Shown in pieces: positions 1 to 8,423 of a stretch of DNA of 64,000 nt; the stretch's first letter is position 1, and the number at the start of each line of letters is the position of its first letter. The notes beneath the pieces are model-generated. The model made no database searches and was not told the DNA's origin. It was given only the letters and a program-made list of their open reading frames with translations. A program made the position numbers and the translations under genes. The DNA comes from a virus. The DNA lies in the IMG/VR virus record IMGVR_UViG_3300031857_000082, positions 1-64,000 of that record, one strand, 5' to 3'.

Positions 1-214
1 ACTCTCTAGATATTTTACCTGATTCTAAATATACCCCGCCCCAAACGCCCCACTCTTGATTGCTAACAGCATATGCAAGACATTGTCTTTGTGCTGGACA
101 CTTTGAACACAATGTATCTACTCCTTCAGCAACTATTGGATCTTCCTCATATTTTTCAAAAAATAGATTGGTATCCATGTTTATACATGAGCGATCTTCA
201 CTAAACTTGTACAT
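1..214 (-). CDS. whiB: WhiB-family Fe-S transcription regulator (truncated by the left window edge)
   Basis: Not in the ORF track. Manual translation from ATG 214 gives MYKFSEDRSCINMDTNLFFEKYEEDPIVAEGVDTLCSKCPAQRQCLAYAVSNQEWGVWGGVYLESGKISRE..., with four Cys (C...CxxC-P-x4-C) and the G[VI]WGG turn diagnostic of WhiB. Confidence 0.93.
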   Translation of the reverse strand, partial: MYKFSEDRSCINMDTNLFFEKYEEDPIVAEGVDTLCSKCPAQRQCLAYAVSNQEWGVWGGVYLESGKISRE

Positions 215-422
215 GTGCTAGAAACCTATCTGGAATCTGCCACACACCATAATCCACCATGTCATACCTATATTGAGTTTTCCATTTGCCATCTTTAAAC
301 ACTCCACCTTTATTATAATATCCATCATCTTCTGTGTAAACAACCACTGTCCAGTTATCCCACTCAAAGTTAGGATTATTATTAATAATTGTATCCATTT
401 GTTCTTTGCTATTTACTATCAT
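201..422 (-). CDS. hypothetical protein (73 aa)
   Basis: Overlaps both neighbours by a few nt in a tightly packed minus-strand operon; aromatic-rich globular composition. Confidence 0.75.
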   Translation of the reverse strand: MIVNSKEQMDTIINNNPNFEWDNWTVVVYTEDDGYYNKGGVFKDGKWKTQYRYDMVDYGVWQIPDRFLAHVQV

Positions 423-675
423 TATTTATCCTTAAACTAACTGTAAACGCTATAAAAATTAAAACAAATTGTACAATAACAGAAAATATAAATCCTGGTT
501 GTCCAGTCATTATTCCGTATGCTATTGTTGTTCCTTGTAATAATATAAACGATAAAAACATTAGTGCAAGACTAAATCTGTTGTTATTGCCTAATGATAT
601 TGATGCCATAGTCATATAGAAAAATAATTGAACTCCAAACATAACGTATGACCACTGCTCTAGGTTAAGGTTCAT
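409..675 (-). CDS. small membrane protein (about 3 TM helices)
   Basis: Three hydrophobic stretches; coupled by TAATG to the upstream ORF at 675. Confidence 0.75.
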   Translation of the reverse strand: MNLNLEQWSYVMFGVQLFFYMTMASISLGNNNRFSLALMFLSFILLQGTTIAYGIMTGQPGFIFSVIVQFVLIFIAFTVSLRINNDSK

Positions 676-1022
676 TAGTATCTAAACACCCCAACTTCAC
701 ATGTATCTACTCCCTGTGCCAACATAGTCATTTTTGACAAAGACTCTTTCGGTGCACTAAAAAAGGCAAAATAGTTAACGTGTTCAATATTTTCTGATAC
801 CCACGCTGCATATACTTTGTGAAAAGATATCTTAAATCCTTTTTGTTTTAAAAAGTTTTCTGATGAATTACAGAATGCTGCTGTAAAATTATTTATAGCG
901 TGCGGCCCTAAAGACCATACTTGAATTTCGTTATCTTTGATATTAGACAATGCCACACTCATAGCCCTCATAAAGATCTCGTAATCTGAGAAAGATTTTG
1001 TTCCCTCTACAGCGATAATCAT
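675..1022 (-). CDS. SLOG/YspA-like (DUF2493-like) nucleotide-binding protein
   Basis: N-terminal MIIAVEGTKSFSDY resembles the 'vivaGSRxFxDY' start of YspA/DUF2493 SLOG proteins; Rossmann-like alternation of secondary structure. Confidence 0.55.
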   Translation of the reverse strand: MIIAVEGTKSFSDYEIFMRAMSVALSNIKDNEIQVWSLGPHAINNFTAAFCNSSENFLKQKGFKISFHKVYAAWVSENIEHVNYFAFFSAPKESLSKMTMLAQGVDTCEVGVFRY

Positions 1023-1285
1023 TGTTGTCCAATCGTATTTAGTAGATCATGGATATCGTCTTCAGACATTCCCATAGAATCTACTTTTTCTTTTTTCCTC
1101 ATACTTATTTTTCCATCAATAACTTCTGAGGTATATAGTATATTATTATAGACCCAATAGGCCTTATTGTCAACAGTTGATACCTTGATTATTTGCTCAT
1201 CATTGTTTAACTTTAAATATTTATAATTCCATAGAAAAAAAAGAACAGTACACAAAATTGTTAAAGAAAGTTGAAGGTATTCCAT
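1019..1285 (-). CDS. hypothetical protein with N-terminal membrane anchor; paralog of 1292..1663
   Basis: Hydrophobic N-terminus; shares AYWVxNNxxYxSxVxxDG and a C-terminal helix with the adjacent ORF. Confidence 0.75.
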   Translation of the reverse strand: MEYLQLSLTILCTVLFFLWNYKYLKLNNDEQIIKVSTVDNKAYWVYNNILYTSEVIDGKISMRKKEKVDSMGMSEDDIHDLLNTIGQQ

Positions 1286-1291
1286 ATTGTT

Positions 1292-1663
1292 TTATTCTGA
1301 TATGCTATCTATAATTTTTAGAAGATTCTTTGTTTCTCTCTCATTTAATGAGAAAACATCTATCTCTAATGCATTATCTACATCTATAAAGCCATCATCT
1401 GATACTCTTGATTTATAGATGCTATTGTTTTTTACCCAGTAGGCGTAATCGTTTACAATTGCTACTGATACGTTACTATTTTTAAGAGTTTTTTGCATTT
1501 GTGTCAGTCTCTTCTCTGGCATTGGTGGAGTCTTGAATAGTTCCTGAAGATTGTCCTTCTTTAAACTCTTGCTGTAGTTTATATAATACAAAATCAAACT
1601 CCAGTTGTGCACACTTGTTGCGATAATACTGAAGCATAGTTTTGAGAATTTGGTTATCTTCAT
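1292..1663 (-). CDS. hypothetical protein; paralog of 1019..1285 (start uncertain)
   Basis: C-terminal half contains AYWVKNNSIYKSRVSDDG, matching the neighbour; the 5' part overlaps ORF 1482..1667 in another frame. Confidence 0.7.
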   Translation of the reverse strand: MKITKFSKLCFSIIATSVHNWSLILYYINYSKSLKKDNLQELFKTPPMPEKRLTQMQKTLKNSNVSVAIVNDYAYWVKNNSIYKSRVSDDGFIDVDNALEIDVFSLNERETKNLLKIIDSISE

Positions 1664-1667
1664 TCAT
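1482..1667 (-). CDS. small coiled-coil protein (61 aa)
   Basis: GAGGAG RBS just upstream and a consensus promoter at 1688-1716; amphipathic helix ILKTMLQYYRNKCAQLEFDFVLYKLQ. Confidence 0.65.
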   Translation of the reverse strand: MNEDNQILKTMLQYYRNKCAQLEFDFVLYKLQQEFKEGQSSGTIQDSTNAREETDTNAKNS

Positions 1668-1687
1668 TTCAACTCCTCTTTTGTCTA

Positions 1688-1716
1688 ATTCTACACTGTT
1701 TGCTATTGTTTGTCAA
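1688..1716 (-). promoter_or_regulatory. sigma70/HrdB-type promoter
   Basis: TTGACA-N17-TAGAAT with an extended -10 TG, upstream of the RBS of ORF 1667. Confidence 0.75.
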
Positions 1717-3028
1717 TATTTTTACGAAGTGAAAAAGGAGATTCTTGCCAGACTGTATCGTTTGATTTTTGAGATCTTATATTCATAATTGCATTTCTTT
1801 TAGATTTAGCCCAGGCATATCCAGAGTCTCCACCCCAGAGAAGCCAAGCAATCTTTCCATTAGAAGGTCTTTCTGAGTTGTTCCAGTCTTTACCTTGTTT
1901 GTCTACTTCATGACGTGAAAAGAAAGAATACATTCTTAATACCGTTCCAGGACTCAATTCTTTTCTATTTGCTAAATCTCTTGCACGTGCAACCCCAACT
2001 GCGGTGCCACCTCTGCCAAATTTTCTTCTTAATTCTAATCCTCTACGAGCGTTTGATGCCATTGATTCTGTTGGTTTTAGGTCTAAATCTTCTAAAGATC
2101 TTTTTTCTAAATCTATTTCTTCCATAGATTTTTTAACATTTAATGTTTTCATTTTGTGTCCAACAACAGTATCTGTTGGTTTTCCATCACGATATAGTCT
2201 TATCGCTACTGCTGGATCTTCTGGTGTTCCATTGATTTCAAATGAACTATTTGGAACTTTAAACTTTCCATTTCTAATAACTCTAATTACTTTTCCTTCT
2301 GCTCTACCGCCGCTTGAATTCCAAGATACCATTTGTCCGACACGAACTGAGTCTGCCTTATCCATTGAGTGACCCATCATATCTTCTTCGGTTCCAATTA
2401 ACATAGCCTCTGATGATTTAAATGCTGTAAATAAATCAGTTCCTTGCCAACTACCATTTGACTCCTCATACATTCTTATTAGTATTGCTGGGTCTTCTGG
2501 TGTTGCAACAACCTCAAATTCTGATCCGCCTGCAAGGCTTCCATCTCTCATTACATGTTCAATTTTTCCATGAGCCATTCCTTTAGAATATGGTCCCATT
2601 GCAAACATTCCTTCTTGCATTTCATGTTCTGCTTTGATTAAGTCTGGGCAGCATTCAATGTCTGCTTTTTTAACTGGTACGCAATTTGGAACCATTTGAC
2701 CGTTTTGACCTGGTTTCATTCCACGTTGAACATATCCATCCCAACAAGGTGATTTTTTATTTGTTTCTTCGTGATAAGAGGCCATATGCTCTGGACAATT
2801 TTTTGGATCAACACACTCTTCCATTGAATGAGGATTTTTGTTAGGGGTGTCTTCGTTTGTAATAACCCCTTCATGCATTTTTTTACTGTTTGCTTCAGCA
2901 GCATAAATTGCTCTTTGTTGATCAACAGCCTCTCTACGAGAAGGGTGGCAACCCTTTACATCTCCATCTGGACCGACAACGGCATAGCCGCTGCAGCCAG
3001 GCTGATTTCTTCTAATATCATAAGGCAT
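1703..3028 (-). CDS. multi-domain putative head-associated protein (441 aa)
   Basis: Short Cys modules (GCSGYAVV..GCH, PCWDGY..VPNCVP), two Tudor/SH3-like repeats sharing TPEDPAxxIRxY, and a C-terminal domain with RMYSFFSRH...IAWLLWGG typical of phage head-morphogenesis fusions. Confidence 0.6.
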   Translation of the reverse strand: MPYDIRRNQPGCSGYAVVGPDGDVKGCHPSRREAVDQQRAIYAAEANSKKMHEGVITNEDTPNKNPHSMEECVDPKNCPEHMASYHEETNKKSPCWDGYVQRGMKPGQNGQMVPNCVPVKKADIECCPDLIKAEHEMQEGMFAMGPYSKGMAHGKIEHVMRDGSLAGGSEFEVVATPEDPAILIRMYEESNGSWQGTDLFTAFKSSEAMLIGTEEDMMGHSMDKADSVRVGQMVSWNSSGGRAEGKVIRVIRNGKFKVPNSSFEINGTPEDPAVAIRLYRDGKPTDTVVGHKMKTLNVKKSMEEIDLEKRSLEDLDLKPTESMASNARRGLELRRKFGRGGTAVGVARARDLANRKELSPGTVLRMYSFFSRHEVDKQGKDWNNSERPSNGKIAWLLWGGDSGYAWAKSKRNAIMNIRSQKSNDTVWQESPFSLRKNIDKQ

Positions 3029-3030
3029 AA

Positions 3031-3384
3031 TTAAATTATATCACCATTATTATGTTTTCTCAAAAGGTTTTCAATAAAGAACCTTTCTTCATCTGGAAGA
3101 CTATCCTTTATTTTTACAGTTTCTTCTTTTAACATTACCATTGCTGTGCCATCTTTGTCAAAATTCATCTCTATCAACCCTTTACTCCACATAGAAAAGG
3201 CTAGTTCGTTAACTGTTTTAAAATGTTCATCCCATAAGGCTGGAACTAGATATTCACATTCAGGAGTAAGGTTATATGTAAATTGATCAGATATAGAGTC
3301 ATACCCAACTATTTCAACAGCACCTATTTCTATTAAATGTTCTAAGAAGTCTTTTCTATTATCTTCTTCTGAACTATCTATCAT
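3031..3384 (-). CDS. hypothetical protein (acidic, possibly winged-helix-like)
   Basis: ATGA overlap with the terminase stop; conserved-looking LIEIGAVEIVGYD...WSKGLIE. Confidence 0.75.
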   Translation of the reverse strand: MIDSSEEDNRKDFLEHLIEIGAVEIVGYDSISDQFTYNLTPECEYLVPALWDEHFKTVNELAFSMWSKGLIEMNFDKDGTAMVMLKEETVKIKDSLPDEERFFIENLLRKHNNGDII

Positions 3385-5171
3385 ATTAGTCTATACCCTC
3401 CGCCCCAGTCTCCTATTCTACCTCTAATCTTTTCTTTTGGAAGACCATCTTCATCTCTAGATGAATCATTGTCTACTCCACCCCTAGACCAAGTATGAAT
3501 GTCTATTTCTTTTATCCTGTCTCTTTGAGCGTGGGCAATTGCATTATATACAGAGCCACACATAGCGTCTGCTAAGTCCTTAGATTTTTTTCTAGGATGA
3601 TCTACTTTATTACTACTCATAATTCTAAGTTCTAACATTTCTTCTAAAAGAATATCTATGTGTGGAGCGACTACTCTATCTTCATAAATTAACATAGACA
3701 AGTCTTCATAATGTTTTTTAGCAACAGATAAAGTATCTGTTTTAATTCCTACTTGTTTTAACTCTTGTTGAATATCAAAAGACTGCCATCTATCAAATGT
3801 AACAAGTCCTAAATTAAAACCATTTCTTCTTAAATCTATAATCCAATTTTTTACCTCGCTTAGATCTACAGGACCTTCACGCTTTGGCTCCCACCAAGCA
3901 ATAGCATCTACAACTACAAATGGAACTATCTGTTCATAATTATTAAATGATTGGACACTTACCCATTTATCTACGTGAGCAATTGATACAGCACACTTGT
4001 CATGCTTTTGTGCTAAGTCAGCATGAACAAAATACTCTACATCTTCCTTTGGCTTAAATGTTAAATCAAATCTTCTATTAGTATCTAATGGATTTCTTGA
4101 AGATAAAGCCCTTTCAACTTTTTCTCTTGACTTAAAAAATGCATCTGAAGATACTGTTGGCATGCAAGCAAAACGCATAAGTGCATCTGCTGCATCTGTA
4201 AAAAATGCAATTTTAAAATCTTCAATCTTTCTTGTTGGATTCATTTCCCAAGTAGGTCTACGAAGTGCAAAAACTCCAGGGAACTTATAAGATAAAATAT
4301 TATCTTCTTCCCATTCAATAGCAAACTTATTAGATGGATCATCTTCAGACAATGTTGGATTAATTATAAATTCATGACTTCTTATTGTTGTTTCTTTATC
4401 TGCAATTACATCGTCATATCTTTGTGATATAAAGTCTCCTTTATACCTTGGAAATGATAGCAATATAACCTTGCCATAGTCTGGAAAACGAGAGTCTACA
4501 GATCCTCTAAAGGCTTTATAAAGGTTGTCTGCTGTCTTTCCTTGATCATTACCTCCAGCACCCTCCATAGCAAATCCAGATATTTCATCAAGAACTGCAA
4601 GCATTAAGTTTAATCCTTCTGCAGATTCACGTTCAGAATGTCCAGAGTAAACTGTAATTGATTTATTAAATTCAATGCTATCAATCTTTGGCTCTTTATA
4701 TTTGCCAGCAAACCAAGGGGAACCTTCAATTTTAGATTTAAACCCTTTAAAAAATACGTTCTTTGCCTGTTGTGCGTTAACTGCTACGTTAATTAAATCT
4801 ATTGCATCGTTTGATGGTTTACCAAAATATCTCGATGGGTCTTTGAGACAAAGAAGTTTATAAACAATGTAAGCACAGCCAATGGTAGAAGTATGGTCTT
4901 TACCACTACCTTTTCCACACATAAGAATAACTTCAGACTTAGTGTATTTTTTATAATGTTCATTACCGTCCTCTTTTCCTAACCATCTTTCAACATCTTC
5001 TTTTTTATAAATTTGACTCATGCATTCTACTAAAGTATATTGGTACTCAGATAATTCTGGCATATTAAGATAGTCTTTACTTCTTACAAAAGTTTTTACA
5101 TCTACTGGCATTTCCTCAAAAGGACTTTCGTCCAACGCCTCTATAAACTCACTAAAATCAATCGTTGTCAA
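3381..5171 (-). CDS. terL: terminase large subunit
   Basis: Walker A GKGSGK, Walker B AVLDE, coupling motif LLSFP, and RNase H-like nuclease motifs HADLA, TFDRWQ, KDLADA. Confidence 0.92.
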   Translation of the reverse strand: MTTIDFSEFIEALDESPFEEMPVDVKTFVRSKDYLNMPELSEYQYTLVECMSQIYKKEDVERWLGKEDGNEHYKKYTKSEVILMCGKGSGKDHTSTIGCAYIVYKLLCLKDPSRYFGKPSNDAIDLINVAVNAQQAKNVFFKGFKSKIEGSPWFAGKYKEPKIDSIEFNKSITVYSGHSERESAEGLNLMLAVLDEISGFAMEGAGGNDQGKTADNLYKAFRGSVDSRFPDYGKVILLSFPRYKGDFISQRYDDVIADKETTIRSHEFIINPTLSEDDPSNKFAIEWEEDNILSYKFPGVFALRRPTWEMNPTRKIEDFKIAFFTDAADALMRFACMPTVSSDAFFKSREKVERALSSRNPLDTNRRFDLTFKPKEDVEYFVHADLAQKHDKCAVSIAHVDKWVSVQSFNNYEQIVPFVVVDAIAWWEPKREGPVDLSEVKNWIIDLRRNGFNLGLVTFDRWQSFDIQQELKQVGIKTDTLSVAKKHYEDLSMLIYEDRVVAPHIDILLEEMLELRIMSSNKVDHPRKKSKDLADAMCGSVYNAIAHAQRDRIKEIDIHTWSRGGVDNDSSRDEDGLPKEKIRGRIGDWGGGYRLI

Positions 5172-5676
5172 TTACTACCACCTCTGTTTGCACTTCAGAA
5201 AGTCTTCTCATAATTTCTTCACGAATTTCTGGATGCTTTGAGGCTACTTCTTTAAGGATTCCAATTAGAACTCCTTGCTTTCTTTCCATTTCAATTATCT
5301 GTTCTGCTATTTCTTTATTATCTAATAAGCCTGCTTTTTGTAGCATTTCAAGTCTTTTGCTTTCAATGTCTGCTATCAATTTGATAGCGGTTGTTTTTGC
5401 TGTAAGATTAGCAGTAGAATCTGCAGAGTCAATTACTTCATAAGTCTTTTTAATTAAAGATGAATAGTGTTGGTCTGCACCAGCAAGGGCTTCTTTTGCT
5501 CTCATGTGAATTGCTTGATTGTTTGAGATCATAGATCTCCAATCATTAAGAAGAGACAGTACTTTTTGACGAGGCATGTCTAGTTCTTTTGAAATTTGAG
5601 AAGCGTCATAACCCTTAAGGTATTCTGCAGCAACCTGATTTACCAGGTCTAAGTGTTTAACTAATTCATCATTCAT
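5158..5676 (-). CDS. putative terminase small subunit (HTH plus helical oligomerisation region)
   Basis: N-terminal HTH (GYDASQISKELDMPRQKV); lies directly upstream of and overlaps terL. Confidence 0.6.
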   Translation of the reverse strand: MNDELVKHLDLVNQVAAEYLKGYDASQISKELDMPRQKVLSLLNDWRSMISNNQAIHMRAKEALAGADQHYSSLIKKTYEVIDSADSTANLTAKTTAIKLIADIESKRLEMLQKAGLLDNKEIAEQIIEMERKQGVLIGILKEVASKHPEIREEIMRRLSEVQTEVVVIDND

Positions 5677-6001
5677 TGTTTAATGTCCTTAACAATACAA
5701 GGTAGCCAATAAGATCTAAGATTGTATCTTCTGATGCGTATTCTTTGCCTTTATGTATTCTATTAAGTTTATCATCAATACGAATAAATATTTGTTCTTT
5801 TGGGGTAGACTTACTAAATATATTAATAGGATGGCTATATGAACTACCATAAGATTGATTCTTACTAATAAGTAGTTTGGCTATATCCAGACATTCATCT
5901 AATATCTTTCTACCCGCTGGTGCTTGGGTAGACATGTCTTTGACAATTCTCATCTTATCTTCAAGTTCTTTTTCAAAGTTTGGAATTTTATACTCTGCCA
6001 T
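5669..6001 (-). CDS. nucleotide-modification-associated domain 1 (DUF1599/Nmad1-like) protein
   Basis: KNQSYGSS...RIDDKLNRI...EDTILDLIGY motif set. Confidence 0.75.
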   Translation of the reverse strand: MAEYKIPNFEKELEDKMRIVKDMSTQAPAGRKILDECLDIAKLLISKNQSYGSSYSHPINIFSKSTPKEQIFIRIDDKLNRIHKGKEYASEDTILDLIGYLVLLRTLNNE

Positions 6002-6003
6002 TT

Positions 6004-6153
6004 TTACCTCTTTGATTTTCTAAGACCAAACTTGGCAAGATATACATATATAGTTTCAACAGATGCTCCACACTCTTTGGCAATTTCTTGAGGGCTTTTC
6101 TTATCAATTTGATACCTTTTCTTTAACCAAGCCTCGCTTGTATATAGTTTCAT
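6004..6153 (-). CDS. small HTH DNA-binding protein
   Basis: WLKKRYQIDKKSPQEIAKECGASVETIYVYLAKFG; start placed at ATG 6153 (ORF track extends to 6198). Confidence 0.8.
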   Translation of the reverse strand: MKLYTSEAWLKKRYQIDKKSPQEIAKECGASVETIYVYLAKFGLRKSKR

Positions 6154-6180
6154 TTTATCACTACCCTCTTGTCTTGTCAA
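6152..6180 (-). promoter_or_regulatory. sigma70-type promoter overlapping the HTH start codon
   Basis: TTGACA(6180-6175)-N17-TAAAAT(6157-6152), preceded by TGA. Confidence 0.6.
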
Positions 6181-6778
6181 GATTATGAGGTTGATCAACT
6201 AACTTGCTCCAGTTTTCAGATGAATACCAGCCTATTGCAATAGAATCTGCAACATCGTCATCTTCAACATTTAAATCAAACTGCATATTAATCTTTCTAA
6301 TAGTCTTTCCTTTTCTCATTTCTCTTTCTTTTGTTTTGTAGAATGAGTAAGATTTATCATTACCATACAGATCTTTTACTGCTAACTTTTCTTCTTTGGT
6401 TAGTTTGCCATTACCAATCCAATTTTGCCAAGATACGGGAGAACAAGAAACTATTGGAGTTTTTTTATACATCTGGCTAGCACCCAATATTGCACCTTGA
6501 ACAAGTGATAAGTTTATTGCAGTCTTTTGTGAATTTGTAAATATTGCTGACTCTATAACTATGGCATCAATTTCATAATCTTTTAAGAATGATGCTATTT
6601 TTTTAGTTGCATCTCCTGTTTTTTCATAAACATGATTTCCATAAAAATTAACTTTGCCAAACTTAATAAGTTTTCTTTCTGTAAATACAGAAAAGGCCAT
6701 TGAGTTTGTTGAAGCATCTATTGCTAAGATTGTATTGGGTTGACCAATATATCTTAATTTACTTTTGCTCATAATCAA
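6161..6778 (-). CDS. RuvC-like Holliday junction resolvase
   Basis: ILAIDAS, IVIES and DDDVADSIAIG acidic catalytic motifs of the RNase H fold. Confidence 0.85.
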   Translation of the reverse strand: MIMSKSKLRYIGQPNTILAIDASTNSMAFSVFTERKLIKFGKVNFYGNHVYEKTGDATKKIASFLKDYEIDAIVIESAIFTNSQKTAINLSLVQGAILGASQMYKKTPIVSCSPVSWQNWIGNGKLTKEEKLAVKDLYGNDKSYSFYKTKEREMRKGKTIRKINMQFDLNVEDDDVADSIAIGWYSSENWSKLVDQPHNLDKTRG

Positions 6779-7052
6779 AAAAGTCCTTTATCTCTTTTAT
6801 TACCCTGTCTAATTTTTTGCTACTAACCATACAAGTATCACAGAAACCATTGTCATTATAAATGCTAAGAAGGGTACCACAATTACCAGCACAACGGCGA
6901 TCTTTCCCCATTCGCTCTTTGGCTTTTGTAATTCTGTAACGTTGTACAATTTTTTGTTTAGTTGCAAGAGACCTGCATGTACTATCGCAGTAAATTTGGT
7001 TTTTAGTCGGTGTCTCAAAAGAGTCATCGCACCATTCGCAATATTTTATCAT
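6759..7052 (-). CDS. zinc-finger protein
   Basis: Four Cys pairs: CEWC, CDSTC, CAGNC, CDTC. Confidence 0.8.
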   Translation of the reverse strand: MIKYCEWCDDSFETPTKNQIYCDSTCRSLATKQKIVQRYRITKAKERMGKDRRCAGNCGTLLSIYNDNGFCDTCMVSSKKLDRVIKEIKDFFDYEQK

Positions 7053-7822
7053 TCAAGTTCTTTCCTTCTTTCAATCTTAATTACACCTTTGTCTCTTGAA
7101 TCACATACTTTTTCTATTGGGCAAGATGCACAAACTTTAGAGTCTTTTCTATATCCTCTTTCTGGTAACTGTTTGTCATCAAATGCCTTTTTAACTTTAC
7201 GCATCCAGTCAAAGAAATAATCTATAAACTTAACATACTCTTCTGTAGCAACAACTGGTATCACACATATCTCGTGTGTATTTTTATTCTCATATACAAT
7301 GGCACCAACCTGTTGTTTTAATATCTTCATATAAATAAGTAATTGCTCTATATGATATGTACTAGCAGTTCCTTTTGCTTTATGATATTCAAAGGCTTCG
7401 TTCTTTGTTGTTTTAATTTCAAGCAATACTAACTTATCTTCAAGTCTAACCATAGCATCTGCATATCCAAATATTGGTGGATCTTCGTTAACTATTTCTT
7501 GTTCTTGCCATTCAAGTATTCCCTGTGCTTCTAGTGCACCTTGGATTCTTTCATGACTACTAGATCCAGTATTCATGTTGGCATAATTGATACCTGTATT
7601 TTTTTCTTCCCACTCATTTCCTTCAAATGCTAAGTACCAATATCTAGCACAGTGTCCGTTTCCAAAGACTAAGGTTGAAGGACTAAAACTTTTTTTCTTA
7701 ATAAAGCCAGTCTTACTTTTTTGCATCTTCATATGTCCTTCATGAATATGATCAGCAATTTTTGATAAATCTATTGTTGCCTCTTTCTTTTTAACCATCT
7801 TTTTTACTAGGCCTTTAGTCAT
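7049..7822 (-). CDS. Cas4/AddB-like PD-(D/E)XK exonuclease with Fe-S cysteines
   Basis: FSPS..C, H-E-R, GYAD, EIKT, QLLIYM and C-terminal CASCPIEKVC. Confidence 0.88.
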   Translation of the reverse strand: MTKGLVKKMVKKKEATIDLSKIADHIHEGHMKMQKSKTGFIKKKSFSPSTLVFGNGHCARYWYLAFEGNEWEEKNTGINYANMNTGSSSHERIQGALEAQGILEWQEQEIVNEDPPIFGYADAMVRLEDKLVLLEIKTTKNEAFEYHKAKGTASTYHIEQLLIYMKILKQQVGAIVYENKNTHEICVIPVVATEEYVKFIDYFFDWMRKVKKAFDDKQLPERGYRKDSKVCASCPIEKVCDSRDKGVIKIERRKELE

Positions 7823-8133
7823 TAAAAATTCCTTACATTATATTTAAGGGCATCGACCAGTTTGTCGGTTGCTTCTCTTATTGCATAGTACATATTTTTC
7901 TTTGCCCTGTCATCTTTTTTTACGTGAGAGTACCAAGCCGCTAACATTGCAAACTTTGCTGATTGAGCCTGCAATTGTGTAATTAACAATGTTGCTTTTG
8001 CTGCTGGAACATCTGGATTGGCTATTAATTTGGCAACAATAGTAAGAGTCTTTGTAAACTCTTCATCTTGCATATACTCTGACATCTCATTAAAAGATGT
8101 TAACTTATTTAATAGTTCTACTGTAGGTTCCAT
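7822..8133 (-). CDS. hypothetical helical protein in the recombination cluster
   Basis: TAATG coupling on both sides; all-alpha composition. Confidence 0.75.
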   Translation of the reverse strand: MEPTVELLNKLTSFNEMSEYMQDEEFTKTLTIVAKLIANPDVPAAKATLLITQLQAQSAKFAMLAAWYSHVKKDDRAKKNMYYAIREATDKLVDALKYNVRNF

Positions 8134-8423
8134 TATTTCTTTTCTCTTAACTGTTCAAATACTTCCCATTCAATTATAGCAAGTCTTACCTTTTTATGTC
8201 CTGATCCAAGGACTATCATTAACGCAGGATTTTTTTGTCTATCTACCTTCATTGTGTCCGAAACAATTTTTGACCAAGAGTCTTGGCTAACGGAATAGGA
8301 TTTGGAATACTCCTTGACATCTACAACGAAGTCATCCAGTGATCCGTCAGCCTTGACTGGCCCTCTACCTGAATTACGATGTGGCTTTGCACCAATACGT
8401 TTTAACTCTCCACGCTCGCTCAT
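8133..8423 (-). CDS. Hjc-like PD-(D/E)XK resolvase/endonuclease
   Basis: E..., NSGRG..KAD....VVDVK motif order typical of archaeal-type phage resolvases. Confidence 0.7.
   Translation of the reverse strand: MSERGELKRIGAKPHRNSGRGPVKADGSLDDFVVDVKEYSKSYSVSQDSWSKIVSDTMKVDRQKNPALMIVLGSGHKKVRLAIIEWEVFEQLREKK

Noticed and set aside
7049-7822. Cas4-like gene as evidence of a CRISPR-Cas system
   Set aside because: No repeat-spacer array or other cas genes are present; solo Cas4-like exonucleases are common in phage recombination clusters.
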